NCBI GenBank assembly: GCA_946965045.2
Contig: OX337229.1
Location: forward strand, 2,604,001-2,668,000
Length of the DNA stretch: 64,000 nucleotides
Direction: 5' to 3'
Origin: Epithemia pelagica
Lineage: Eukaryota > Protista > Bacillariophyta
Shown: in pieces, positions 35,631 through 48,401 of the stretch
How positions within the stretch are numbered: the first letter of the stretch is position 1
Layout of the letters: each line of letters opens with the position of its first letter
Made by a program: the position numbers and the translations under genes
The notes under the pieces: generated by a model
What the model saw: the letters and a program-made list of their open reading frames with translations, nothing else
Told to the model about the DNA's origin: nothing
Databases searched by the model: none

Positions 35631-37335
35631 ATGACTACCATTTGTAACCGCTCGCACAAGAAAGCAACTGCAATGATGACATCCATGCTGAGCGGAAAGA
35701 AGCGCAAGAAACCACCGAAGACAAGCATTTTGACGACGATCCCAGATCCCGACTTGTGTGTCAGGAACACTTGTTTCCCCCCTCTCGATGTACCTCGTTC
35801 CAAAAGCACGGCATCGAACATCATTCGGAGCAGTCTCCCATCTTCATCATCGATCCGATTCCTCGTTGACCAGAAGAAGAAGAAGCAAGAAAGCCTCGTT
35901 CTTGGCGCCGTCGATGGACCTGCATGCGAAGACGATCAGGAACAAGTCCAAAGGCGCTTGGCACGACGCAAGGTACGTGGTGTGACTGACACTGCCGTCG
36001 TATACGATGATCTCCCTGTAGTTCATCGACACCTTTCGGCGTGGAAGATGACACGGAAAACGTTGTAACTCATTTTACCTTTTCGTCTTGTTGGAATCCA
36101 CAGAAACGTTTTGAGGCTGATAAACGTGTCTCGAAGCTGGTCACAGCGGCAAAAGACTCAAAAACCAGTTATACTTTGGATCCTTTGTATAGCAAGAATC
36201 TCCCACCAAGATCTTCAGAAGAGCTCTATGGCGCAGAAGCCGTAACTGTTGGTTCGGCCTTGGTGGGTCGCAGTGCGAACCTTGAGAAGCCCTATCTTCG
36301 ACTGACCACGTTTGCTGACCCCAACAATGTCCGGCCTCTTCCAGTGCTTGTGAAAGCCCTGGCTCATATCAAAAGTCGGTACCTGGCTGAGGAGGACTTT
36401 GAATGGGCTAATGAGCAACTGAAGAGTTTGAGACAAGATCTAACAGTGCAGCGCATTCGTAACTCATTTGTATTGGAAGGTACGTATTAGTTGCGCCGTT
36501 TGTGCTGGGATCGGTGTTGCAGGTCTTCCATTGATCAGTTTCTCACTCTGGCCATGTTTCTTGACTACCCACAGTCTACGAAACCCACGCGCGAATGCTC
36601 TTGGAACATGGTGATCTGAATGAATTCAACCAGTGCCAAACGGTTATTCGCGATTTCTGTGGTCGAGGCGCAGCTGCTGACACCAAGACAAACCGTTCCA
36701 AGGACCAGGAACCCAGCAAGAAAGAAAAGCCGCTGCAGCAGAGCAAGGAAGCTGCTGATGAGTTTGGTGGATATGCCTTGTTATATGCGTTGGTTCGCAA
36801 TTCATGGTTGGAGCTGAACCAGACGTTGCAGCAACAACAAGAACAACAGAACGAAAGAGAAGACAACAAACAACAATATGAAGCTGAACACTCTTCGTCA
36901 TACCTACATGCTCTTGGCGTTGTCCGGGCGGTACTGGAGGACGATTCAGTTGCTTTCTTTCGCTTGTACGGCGTTGCTCCGCACATGTCGGCATACTTGA
37001 TGGACTTTCTGGTCAATCGAGTTCGAAAAGCTGCTTACCTTCGAGCCATTGCTTCGTACAGGCCCAACATTGGGACGGAGCAGTTTCGAGAATGGTTTCG
37101 CTTCGATGATTTGGAGCAGACTCGGCAGTTCTTGAAGCAACAAGGAGCAGTTTTCTTGAACGTCAGTGACACAGCCGCCTTTTGGGTCGATTGCAAAGCA
37201 AGTTATGCGAAACTGAACCAAGATGCAAAGATCACGGAGGCCAGTCCCACCAAGCGACGCAAACGAACCAAGAAGCTACCAACCGTAAGCAGCAGTAGTG
37301 GCAGCAGTCTTAGCAGCTGCTCCGTTGGCGCTTAG
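35631..37335 (+). CDS. SAC3/GANP/THP3 (LENG8)-family PCI protein; exons 35631-35972, 36104-36479, 36575-37335
   Basis: LEKPYLRLT...VRPLPVL...EQLKSLRQDLTVQRI...VYETHARMLLEHGDLNEFNQCQ. Confidence 0.9.
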
Positions 37336-37702
37336 TACATGGTTCATGAACCTCAATTTCATGCTGTTTATACAAATGCACAGGACTGCCTGAACAGGGG
37401 AGCCACGAAAAAGGTAAAGACATAGATCTTAGATCACCAGAAAGCACAAGCTCCCTGTCCTTTAACAGATTCCAATGGGGCTCCATTTAGCTTTATATAA
37501 GAATACCTACTAGATTGAAAAGGTCGAGTATGTACTACGTCCAAAAGAGAGAAGCGCATAAAAATGGTAGTCAACATATCGGACAGCTGCTCTGTACCCA
37601 ACCGACGATGCTTGTCCGACTTTCAGGCTGACAAGCAAGTTTCTTTCATAAGACTCGTGAGGAGCGTCAATCACCAGATAATCGGTGTGGTTGTCCGAAA
37701 CA

Positions 37703-39043
37703 TTATTCCTCATCGGATAAAAGTTCCTCCTCTTGGTCAACAAGATTGTCCAACAAGTCTTCAACTTTTGCTTCCGCTTCTTCATCGTCGTCACCCGCCC
37801 GTTTGGGTGGGATGTTCTCGGTGAATTCATCTTCATCATCTTCCAACGATTTCAACAAATCTTCCAAAGACTGCATCCTCGGTTTGTCAATGTTTTCCTT
37901 ATCTTCCTGTGACATATCACTAAGCAAATTTCCAGCGTACAAGTCTTTCAAAAAGTCGCCTTGACCTTGCACAAAGACATCGAATTCAGAGGGCTGTGTT
38001 ACGGCCCAATAACAAAAGGAAAAGAAGGCGACACCGACCGACAACCGAATCCATAATTGACCAGACTTGGTTGGTTCGAACGAGAACACAGGTACAAAGG
38101 ATTCATAGAATCCCAACGTTTCATCGAACAAATTAGGCAAGAACCAGAATTCATACCCCGCAATCCAGATGAACAGAAACAACAAGGCTCGAACGAGAAC
38201 CAAACCGAACACAAACAGCAGGAATGTCACGGCCAAATACCAGACAAAGACACGAATGTACATAGGCCAAACTGGTTGCAATGCCATCAGAAGGGCGCAA
38301 ACAATAAGGGCACCTGTCATCATATACATTTTCGTCTTGTCACCTTCGTACACCCACACAAAGAATCCTGCTTCGTCAAAGGAGCGCACACTGGAAAGCT
38401 GATGGCGTATTGCGTTCAGATTTAAGCGTTTCATGTCAATCGAGTGTTGGCCGTCAGATAGAGATGCTCCACGGTCACGATCCATTATTCAATCAGAACA
38501 TACCTCCAATTCCCCTTTGGCAACCTTCTCGGCGCGTACAATAAACTGGTCTTTGCACAGTGTTTTACAAACCAGAATTGCTTCCTGTCGACTATCAAAT
38601 CGAGGCATTTTGTTTGGCCACTTGGTGCCCTTTTTGGGTTCATGCAGGAAATCCACCAATTTCTCACCTGTAAACGTACAAAAACGAACGTTAAACCAAC
38701 GAACAGCAATACAAGATAAAATCATGAATTCACAAGGTCGTTGTTTCCTGAGAGAGCGTTCAAACACTGCAGCTTAGTGCACAAATACTCTCGACTTCCA
38801 TCTCCCTCCTGCCTTTCCACTCCAATGAAATTCCTTCATACTCCAGCATTCTCGCCCAAAGCGCCACTTGCCTTTGATATAGTAGACACGCTGTCCCATG
38901 CAGACCGCTTCTCTCAGTTTGGGACCTTGTCGACTGCGCAAAAAGTTGCAGAGATGCTTTTGGTTTGATAGCTCTTGATAAAATTCGACCGTCTTGCCCA
39001 AGGAGCTACTGCTCGAAGCTGCTTTGGAAATTGGTTTCGACAT
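37703..39043 (-). CDS. SEC62: Translocon subunit SEC62; exons 39043-38872, 38667-38504, 38398-37703
   Basis: RVYYIK|GEKLVDFL, FFVWVYEG, two TM helices, LQPVWP, EFWFLPNLFDE..GFYESFVP, acidic tail. The first intron is best modelled as GC-AG. Confidence 0.9.
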
Positions 39044-39649
39044 GATTAATCTTGGAGGAAAAGTGACGACTTGATGTTCTTGGTTGATAACTCAGGAATG
39101 ATGTCCAATACTGCGTCGGAAAACTTTGGTCCTAATCAGAAGGATAGGTGAGCGATCTTTCCGAAGTCGGTTTATCCAACAGGTGTTTCAAGCCAAGCCA
39201 CAACTTTCGAAACGGTAGGACGAAAGTCGCACGATGGAGTTCCAATAGAAAATCGTCCAACTTGAACTGGTTGAATGGTTTTCTAGAGGGTGACGAGGGA
39301 CGACGAAAACATCCCGACTTTCGTCGTGCGTTGAAGGATGGTGTGTCTGTCCGTCGACTGATCCATTCCACACATTCCACATGTCCATCCGTCCGACCAT
39401 CAATCCGTCCATTGGTCAGCTTCACTCCATCTTGTGTCCGTTGGAACCAAAGACCGACAACGACCGCCATCATTTCAAATGCGTGTCGTCATCGTCTCCA
39501 TCATTTTTTGGTTTTTGGATCACAACCACAAACACTCTGTGGACAAATCTTTTCTTCAAACTCCCACATTGTTATCACTCACAGATTCAGCGGCTCATCC
39601 TACTGCACAGGATCCTCACAATCTCTTAGAAAGTCGTGGGAGATAGACC

Positions 39650-40983
39650 ATGTTTTCAGGAAGATCAACCGCAATGTTTTCGCGGGTGGAAAACCAAGTT
39701 GCCATGGCATCAATGGTATCCGCTGCCACGTTTTGGATGCAATGGCAGTTGCACCAAGATAATTTAGGAAGTTTGCCTCAGTCTCGTGTTGATGGGCATG
39801 TGACAATGTGCGATGCCGAAGCTCCACCACCGCCCGAAAAGTTTAGTAGTCAAGACATGGGTTATACTCCTACTCCTTCGAACTTTGATAGTTCTCATCA
39901 TGGAGGAGCAGGACCTGACAACACCACCATGTTCTATGGACAGTGCTTGGCTCGACAGTTACACCGCCCCAAACTTCCTTACCCAGCTTGGGATTATGAC
40001 TGGGATCATCGTGGAACAGAAGAAACCACGCAAGAAGCCTTGTCGGGCCAGTCGCAGTTCGCCAAGTCAAAATCCCTCGGCAAGACACGACATTTGCTTC
40101 TCATTCGACATGGCCAGTACGATGAACGGTACAAGGACGACCGAAGACGCAAGCTGACGCCTTTGGGGCGTCATCAAGCCGAGTTGACTGGACAACGATT
40201 GGCTGTCTTGGCTCGTGGAGGGTTGCAAGGAGGACCGCAATTGTCCCCCACCAAAAAGGACAATGTTGTAGGGGCTGGGCCGCTTCATATCAAATGTATT
40301 CACGTCAGTGATATGGAACGAGCCAAGGAAACGGCTCGCATCATTCACTCACACATACCACATGTTAAACTGAATGATCCAGATCCGATGCTCAACGAAG
40401 CACTCCCAGCACCGTGAGTTTCCTCTAGTGAACGCTGTTTTGAACATGAGAATTTACTCTTATTCGCTGTTGACTTCATATTCTCAAACTTTTTTGTTGC
40501 TTCACTTGCTATCACAGTATGATCCCTATTCGCCCAGATATTCGTGCGGTGAGAGAGATTGATGCCAATCACAGTCGTGTCGAAGCTGCCTTTCAAAAAT
40601 ACTTTCACCGTGCTGATCCGAACGACAGCGAGAATGAAAATCACTCGCCCGAGGCCATTGAACCCAACAGTAGCAACAGCAACGACACCGATGTCGAATC
40701 ACCAGACGACGATGATCTACTTCCACCTGTTCCCGTGGTTCCTCAAGATCCCAAACATGAATTTGAAATCGTTGTGGCCCATGGTAACATTATTCGCTTC
40801 TTCTTCTGTCGGGCCTTGCAACTTCCTCCTGAAGCTTGGTTGCGCATATCTACCTTCAATTGCTCCATCACCTATATTATGATCTACCCCAATGGTTACG
40901 TTTCTTGTCGTATGCTTGGCGATGTGGGACATTTGGGATACGATAATACCAGTTTCTCTGGAAGTCATGGGTACAATTGGTAG
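39650..40983 (+). CDS. PGAM5: PGAM5-like histidine phosphatase; exons 39650-40413, 40518-40983
   Basis: RHLLLIRHGQY, LTPLGRHQAELTGQRL, SDMERAKETA, IVVAHGNIIRFFFCRALQLPPEAWLR, LGDVGHL. Confidence 0.9.
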
Positions 40984-41336
40984 AGCAATCAGTTGTCTGA
41001 CAAGAAATGATCCTATTTCACCACTTTCCCATTAAGCAAACACAATTACTAGTAATCAGAACACAAATCACCGATAAGTTCTTTTGGTATGTATGGGTTG
41101 ATTCTACTGTAAAACTGAGCAAAGTAGTTTAAGAGGGTGCCGCTATTACATGGAAGTATATTTACATCGTGTTTCATGGGCTCTACTTCGATACTGAAGG
41201 GACAACATTTAAAGGGTACATTCTTTCCAACAGCGTCACCGTCTCCCTCGCCCACACTATACAGTGTCCCCTCTTTTCCGGGCTTCAATGCTCATTTGCG
41301 AAAGGTGTGATTGTAGGCCCTGCCCTGGATTTTTCT

Positions 41337-42377
41337 TTAGCCAATGTGAGCATTGCTGAAATCCATCTCGGGATGTTGTTGTTTGAGTTTTTCGAGCATT
41401 GCCATTTTCTTCTCATCCTCACTGGTTGGCAAGCCCATGGCCTTTTGACGCTGATCGTGCCACATTTTCTCCACAGTTTGACGCACTTCACCATCCAAAT
41501 CGTCCAAGGAAGAGTTTTCTGGTTTTATGGTGGACACATCAATTTCGGGATCACCTTCACAGACCGCACTCCACCATTCACCCATACCACCACCGTCATT
41601 CAACTTTTGAAGTTGAATCACCAAACGGTTCCCATCTTCCACCGTCCAAAATGAATCATCCATGATGACAATCTTCTTGAAAGGAGCATTGATGATGTCT
41701 TCCTTTTGACCGCGAAGAGCAACCTTGAGATGCTTCTTTCCAATCGAAATGTTCAAGTCCCTTCCACGTGTTCCCTCTGGCAGAGCAACAGTAACAATCA
41801 ACTCATGCAAGGTCTGAGTCCAGACATACTTGCCTGGAACTGTGCCTCCATTTCCAGGAGGTGGAGGAGGACGATCGTCATCGTCGGCTTCCTTCTTCTT
41901 TGGTTCGGTTGCCTGCCCTTCATTCCCATCTTCAGTTTTGTTGGTCGATTCAGTCGTTGGTTTCGACTCAGAAGAAGCCTCATCTTTCGACACGCTCTCC
42001 TTCTTTTCCGAGGAAGTAAGAGCTGCTGATGATACGTCAAAGCCCCCGTCATTTCCCATTTCAATGACATCGTCTTTCTTAGCTGCTTCCGCTTCTTCTT
42101 TCTTCTTCTTCGCCTCGGCCGCTTTCTTTTTCTTTTCCGCGGCGGCCTTCTTCTTTGCTTTCTCTTCATGATGTAACTTGGCATGCTTTTGGAATACATG
42201 GTTCATCTTTTCCCATGCACCAGATGCATTCGCATCCGCATTTTTTGGTCCCTCGAAAAAGTCAGTTTTTCGACGAAGGAAGGAGAACATAGTATCCAAC
42301 AAGGGTTCAATACCACGGGCTTGCTGAGCGACGCTCATGTAAAGCCCGTCAAAGCGATCGTCTGTCACGTAGTCCAT
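41337..42377 (-). CDS. NUDC: Nuclear migration protein NudC (N-terminal NudC + CS domain)
   Basis: DRFDGLYMSVAQQARGIEPLLDTMFSFLRRKTDFF, GNGGT...YVWTQTL, LDDLDGEVRQTVEKMWHDQRQKAMGLPTSE. Confidence 0.95.
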   Translation of the reverse strand: MDYVTDDRFDGLYMSVAQQARGIEPLLDTMFSFLRRKTDFFEGPKNADANASGAWEKMNHVFQKHAKLHHEEKAKKKAAAEKKKKAAEAKKKKEEAEAAKKDDVIEMGNDGGFDVSSAALTSSEKKESVSKDEASSESKPTTESTNKTEDGNEGQATEPKKKEADDDDRPPPPPGNGGTVPGKYVWTQTLHELIVTVALPEGTRGRDLNISIGKKHLKVALRGQKEDIINAPFKKIVIMDDSFWTVEDGNRLVIQLQKLNDGGGMGEWWSAVCEGDPEIDVSTIKPENSSLDDLDGEVRQTVEKMWHDQRQKAMGLPTSEDEKKMAMLEKLKQQHPEMDFSNAHIG

Positions 42378-42395
42378 TGTGATACTTACCAAGTT

Positions 42396-42439
42396 GGTCG
42401 ATGTAAGATTATGAGATGGTCGATGTAAGATTATGAGAT
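42396..42439. repeat. Exact 22-bp tandem duplication upstream of NudC
   Basis: ggtcgatgtaagattatgagat x2. Confidence 0.9.
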
Positions 42440-42953
42440 GGTGTGTTGGAGTTGTGCAGGACAGATTTGTTTTTTCAGGTCTGAAGATTTCAAGAGAATG
42501 AAACCGACTGAAAACTCACCTGGAAGGTGAAGAGCGATTGGAATGGACCTGCGTTTCTCAGCGGACAAAACAGATCGTGAATGAAAAGGAGTGCTGTCAC
42601 CGTCTTATCGTAATGACTTGTCCCGTATGAGACTTTGGAATGCTTGAGAGTACTACCTGTTTTGACCAAGGAGCTTGGGTAGCTAAGGTTACCTATTTTT
42701 TTAAATGGTCCTCTGTGTCTGTCCTGTCACCGGGATGTCGAAATGTAGCCTTGGCCTTGGCGGTGGGGTATCGGACCTTGTACCTTAAGGGTTTTTATCA
42801 AAGACTAGGTCCATTATTAGCTGAAGCAAAGGCTTCCAGTATGGGACGAGGTCTACGAACCAATATTTAGGCTTGTGCGCTCACACTCCTATCACCCATT
42901 GTTCAAAATGCTGACCAATATACGCAGGCTTTCCATTCACGTTCCCCATGAAC

Positions 42954-44150
42954 TTATGCCTCAGCAAGGTCAACAGGCACAACAAAAATGGCACGGTATT
43001 TAGCTGGCTTCTTTTTGCTCAACAGTCTGTCAAAGTAGTTTTTGGCATTGGTAGCGCCCGAATCCTTGAGCTCATGAGTCTTGGCAATGGTCATCTGGCA
43101 TGGGAAAACCTCGCCATTGGAGTGAAAGTAGAAACAGTCAAATGGGGGAAAGTTGTTTGTTGTTGGCCACAAAAGGCGCGGAGAGTAATCATCACATACA
43201 CTCTTGTACGGCGCGACAGAAGCCGTCAGGATATTGCTTTCAATCACAACTGGGTCAGCCTACATTCTCCATTCTCGACAACTCAAGGGTCACGCAGCGA
43301 TTTTTCGTATCCAGGCTTCTCATAGCATGTTTCCCCCCTGTCTGTAGCACCATGATGGCGTACGCCTTAAAAGCGCACCCGCATATTCTTCTGCTCCTGA
43401 CAATGGAGTCATGTTACTTCTGGTTGATCGAGATCTGCCATCGTCTCTTTGGCTAGCTTCTTTGCGACTTGTTGTTCTGTATGTTGAGAAACCAATTCAA
43501 AACTAGGAGAATCCTTGTAGTTCTTCCCCCATCCTGGTTATGCCTGTTGCACTGACTTAGAAACAGACGCATCGACTCTGGCCTTCGCGATATCGAACGT
43601 AATTCCTCTCATAAAAGCAAAATTGTTGTCCTCCGCATCGTTATTAATGCCTGGAATTTTTTCGATTTGATGCGCCTCTGCGACTTCGAGGGGAGGCATA
43701 GTGAACTCGCGATGGTAAAATATGGCATTCTTGAGATTTTCGACAAACAAACCAGGCGGGGCTGCAACAACAATTGTTCCCCCGAATCGTTCGACATCCA
43801 CAAATGTCATTGAACATCCATCCATGACAATCAAATCCAGATTAGGCTGTTCCTTTTCTAGAGATGATCGAGCGCTTGGAAAGAGTCTCGAAGTCCCCTG
43901 CCATACCACGCAAGTGACATCCTCCATGCGCGGCGTGCCATTTGAGAATAACCCAAACCATGACTCTGACCCTCGTGTTCACCCATGTCCCATGACGAGT
44001 TTCATACTCCTGGTAATTCTACTTAGTCCAATTTCATATTCCTGGTGGTTCCGTTCCATGCGTACATCCACCAATCAAGCTTCATTCTCTTGGTGGTTCC
44101 GTATCACACGTACATCCACCATCCAAACTTCATATCCGACATTGTGGTTC
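42954..44150 (-). pseudogene. Crinkler/RHS-type NTPase + restriction-endonuclease-fold gene remnant
   Basis: Fragments in order: degenerate Walker A (FSNGTPRMED), GTIVVAAPP, FTMPPLEVAE, then LWPTTNNFPPFDCFY...QMTIAKTH...IFVVP. Interrupted by stops and frameshifts. Confidence 0.55.
44033..44145. repeat. ~48-bp imperfect tandem repeat (about 2.4 units)
   Basis: ttcatattcctggtggttccg...cgtacatccacc / ttcattctcttggtggttccg...cgtacatccacc / ttcatatcc...gtggttc. Confidence 0.75.
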
Positions 44151-46627
44151 AACCCATCCAACGGTCTAATCCACAATATGCATCTCTCCTGATGGAAAAC
44201 AACATAGAAAAACCATCTCAATCTCTCTGTGGTTCGGCAAGACCATTTTGCTGCTTACTCCACAGTTCCATACACCAATCGACTCCATTTTGGAGCCGAA
44301 TGCACGCAAATCATAATAAATAGGGGCAAAAAGGACCATTTGTGCCCTTTGATTCACAAAATCAACCACTGCGAAAATCAAGGTCATTGTACCTCCATTC
44401 AACGAGATGGATCCATTTTCGGAGCAATTTCTCCTTCCTTTTCACATGACCATTGCAATTTTCGTGCACTTCAATCATCCTCATGCTGAAATACGAGCAT
44501 TTGAAAGCAGAGACAGTCTTCATCTTTGCCATAATGGCAACAATTCCCATGAATGAAGGCCATATCCTGACGGAAAGTAGCGTCGCCAGAAGTCGTTGCT
44601 TGAAATCGTGTGATCAGAAAATTCTAAGCCCTTGACAAAATCTCAACAAAAGCCAAAATCAAGGGATTTTCACGACCATCGGGTCAAAAACAATATGCAA
44701 ACCTTGAGGAACAAAGGGAAGGAATCCAACATGGCAGGACACGAGTCCTCAACACAGTTAGTCAGAGGATTCCTTTTCTGCATCAGCTTGTACCAAAGAC
44801 TGAAGTACATGTATTGTCAACAAGACCACCTTAGATGATGAAGACAGAATATTGTGAAGCCACCGATGCCAACAGAGCATCAACAATGACTGTGTCCTCA
44901 CGGCAAGAGACTTTGAGCTGTTATCGTCCTTCGCAGCATCGGCCCTACTCAACCCGAGGAAATGCCCAATTGCGACCGGCTGGAGAAATACCGAACACTT
45001 CTCCCAACAAATTTGCTTGCGGGGTCACAACAACCTTCTGACTCCATCAACATGTCATTCGTTATCTGACGGAAAAGCAAGACTTGGAACTCCATATTCC
45101 AAAATGGTGGTTTCAGCAAAATCTAAACTTCGACAACATCAAAACACGCGCATGTGACATGACGGCACACAAACGGTGAATGATTTCCACCATTGCCGAA
45201 CTTGCTCGAGATCAAGAAAAACAACCAAGTCCCATGGGAATTTCTTCTCCACATGTTGCCTCGGCCAGCAATGGTCGACACCAAAGACCATGGGCTAGGC
45301 CACCAATTCAAATATTCTCGACCAACGCCACAGCAGTAAGCTGAACCAAATTCCATAGGTCCACACTCATTCTTGTCCCCATCATAGACGAGGATGCTAA
45401 GCCACCTTATGAAGGACAATCTTCTTGTGCACAATCTCCGGAGCACTCATCGGAGCATACCATGTGTCAGGTCTTCAAGCTTCCATCTTATTCCATTCGA
45501 TTCTTGCCTATCCGAAGCCCATCGAATTGGCTTTTCAAATAGAAGCCTCGTAAAGTCATACCATTCTAGTCGTCCCATGAATCGGGCGAGACATACATGC
45601 GAGCAATGACCATAGACCTTAGCAACGATGGCAAGGAACAAAGTCCTCAAAACATTCTTGGCCATGACAAACATTCCATGGCACCGTCATCTGTCGAGCA
45701 TTCACGACAATGGCCAGCACTTCAAAACGCGGGCTCAAGCAAAACAAACATGATGCTCCCCAATTGGAACACGAAATCAGTGTTCGTGCAAACAAGTCTC
45801 AATCACAACCCATCTGTCAACCACAGACAGAGTTCCACAAGGCAAACTCGAGAAAAGCAATGTCGGCACGCAAAGCATAGCATGACAGACATGCCAACAA
45901 CCACACACCACGAGACAGCGAATGCATAAAGCACATCAGTCCCCATTCAAATGTGGGTCATCCACGACATCTCGACCAACAAGACACAGTTCTTCATGCG
46001 ACAAGGACTGAATGCCCACCATACTGGGGAACCTCAACAATCAACCTTGTAATCCATGCCATGGAGTTATTGTTCAGGGGACATACGGCAAGTCCCCTGT
46101 CTCCGATGGACGTTCTGTAGCATTTCAGCTGAGACAGACCCGACAACAAAATTCTTGATCGAGCATCGTCCTCTTGATTCAATTTCCATATAACATGCAA
46201 CAAAGCAATTACCATATGAGCAGCAACCAACAACTTAGTTGGCAAAGGTCGACTCCAACAATCTGGACTACTTGATCTCAGAAGCACAACAAGCATCATT
46301 TTCGTCGCAACACCCACCATTCTGGTATGGGTCACTTCTTTCATATCAGCGACCAAACAAACTCAGTCCTCTTCGACAATGATGAGGAACCATCATCTTA
46401 AGTGGTTAAAACTTGACAGCATGACAGCACCGTATGCTCTAGGGCAAACAACACATCCAACTTCTGGTCGTCCCATGCAGAGGATTCTTGAGAGGCAGCT
46501 CAAAGCATATGGACTCAACCAACAAGCGATCACAACGATACTGATACCTCCCTCACTGGCTTTATCACAACCTCACACAGAAAAGAGGAAGACCATACAC
46601 AGTGCAAGTCACCAACTCATTCTCAAC

Positions 46628-46784
46628 TGAAAAGGGAATGGTTTGTAAAATTATGACTAAGTAAACGTATTACGAAATGGAGTAGGGCCTAAAGATATGG
46701 TGTGCGTTGGCACTGACTTGGTACTGACGATTGCGAGTCTGACGTAGGGCTAAGGGGTCACCATTAGGTCGCTCTCCCTTGTCA
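46628..46784 (-). repeat. Copia 3' LTR (157 bp)
   Basis: Identical by eye to 61490-61646. PPT GAGAGGGAG lies at 46785-46793 on the minus strand. Confidence 0.97.
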
Positions 46785-46874
46785 CTCCCTCTCAGACGAG
46801 CATTCGGATGAGAACATGTAAGTAGATTGTAAATGTAGTGATGAAAATAAAAGAAAAGGGAAAGAAATGGCGTC

Positions 46875-47246
46875 TCACCACCCACAGAGCAGTTTTCGAA
46901 TGATTTCGAAGGTCGCTTGGGTGAGGCCTTTGGTAAGGATATCGGCACGTTGTTGGGTCGTATCCACTTTGACAATTTTAAGTCGTTCGCTCAAATGAGA
47001 ACGAAACCAATGAGTCTTCACCGCGTAATATTTGGATCTAGGAGTGATCCGACCGGGTTCCATATTTGCGAGCGTCAAGGCTCCTGCATTGTCCTCCCAA
47101 ACGGTGGTTTTGAAAGTTGTTTTGTAATCTTCTGGTAGACCGACTCCTCGTGCCACATGAGTCAAGAGTTCTTGTAAGGGAAGAACTGACTTCAAGGCTT
47201 CACTGAGGGCATTATATTCGGCCTCCATTGTACAGGAATGCATCAT
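46875..47246 (-). pseudogene. Copia RNase H C-terminal fragment
   Basis: TMEAEYNALS, WEDNAGA, RSKYYAVKTHWFR, QRADILTKGL. Joined out of frame to the post-integrase linker. Confidence 0.93.
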
Positions 47247-48173
47247 TGAGGGAGTCGCGCTTTACTTTTGTTCGCGCGTACGTCTCAGACTCGTGGGAAA
47301 AATGAGAGAGTGCAGCCCACCGTGCTTGCGAGAAGCTTGCATATTTGGGATTAGGCTTGCGAACTCTCTTGCCACGACCAAAAGTCATTTCGTCTGGCGG
47401 CTCAAAGTGTTGTCCTCTTCGCTCCTTCTCCTGTTGTCGTTCATTTTCTTCGTCGTCGAACACAACCACTTCATCTTCGGAGGCCATTGTCGTGTTCTGT
47501 CCGCCATCGTCCCATACTCCATCCATCTGCCACTGTGGCATCTCGTTGTCTAGAGCCTGTGGAGCGTTTGGGGCCACACCATCCAGGGGAAATTGGTGAG
47601 GGAATAGAGGCTCAGGAGGAGGAACAGAGTCGTCGTCAAGGGCGAAAATGGGATCGGGACCTGGAGCGTCCTCAACATCCGGTGCGTCTCCCTCTGGAGC
47701 CAAAGGGACCACGGCTCCCTCTGGAGCCAAAGGAGGGGGCGGAAGAATAGGCTGAGGGATAGGAAGGCCGTTGATACGTTCGGCCTCGTTGCGTTGTCGT
47801 TGCAGCGCATCCAGCTCGTCGTTCGTGAGCCAATCGTGATGAAGCGGCGGCGGTTCCGGTTCGCCATCGTAATCTCCATCATCGAGTCGCTCTAGGCCAG
47901 TAGAAAGAAGGCTGTCCCAAATGGGACCGGTGAACACATCGGGCTGGAGGGCCCCTCCAGTTTCAGCATTAGGGACACTAGAGAAGAGGTCGTCATAGAC
48001 CACATGGAATTGGGGACTGACGAATCCCGTGGTCAGGTTGAGGATAAGGCCCACGGTGCTTGAATGGTTGGGGGAAACTCCCAAGTATTGCCCTCGGCGA
48101 GACCGCGGGTGCCACTTAGGTAGTGTTTTGCCATCTTGAAGGGACGGGTCTAACACATAGACGGGGCAACCCC
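47247..48173 (-). pseudogene. Copia integrase C-terminus and linker (continuation of pol after the YR insertion)
   Basis: GCPVYVLDP..Q....LPKWHPRSRRGQYLG.SP.HS, VSPQFHVVYDDLF, GRGKRVRKPNPKY. In frame with HVW at 57262. Confidence 0.93.
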
Positions 48174-48401
48174 GCACCGTACCCCAAAGGTCAAGAAGGG
48201 ACCGACGGACGAACGACGAAGAAGAATGACGTTGTCACTCAACAAGATCTCATCTCCACGTCAGGATTGGTTGGGTGAAGTTGCAAGATACTTCCCCAAC
48301 CAATCTCTACGGACAAAAGAATTCATAAGTTCACGAAAGGAAGTAACTGCAGTGAATACACGGATCTGATCACCCAGTGTTTTGTTGTGGTTTTTCTTTT
48401 T
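48174..48401 (+). repeat. Split direct repeat A1 (228 bp)
   Basis: Identical to 56585-56812. Confidence 0.95.

Noticed and set aside
44033-44145. CRISPR-like repeat
   Set aside because: Only about 2.4 degenerate tandem units with no unique spacers, no cas genes, and a eukaryotic context.
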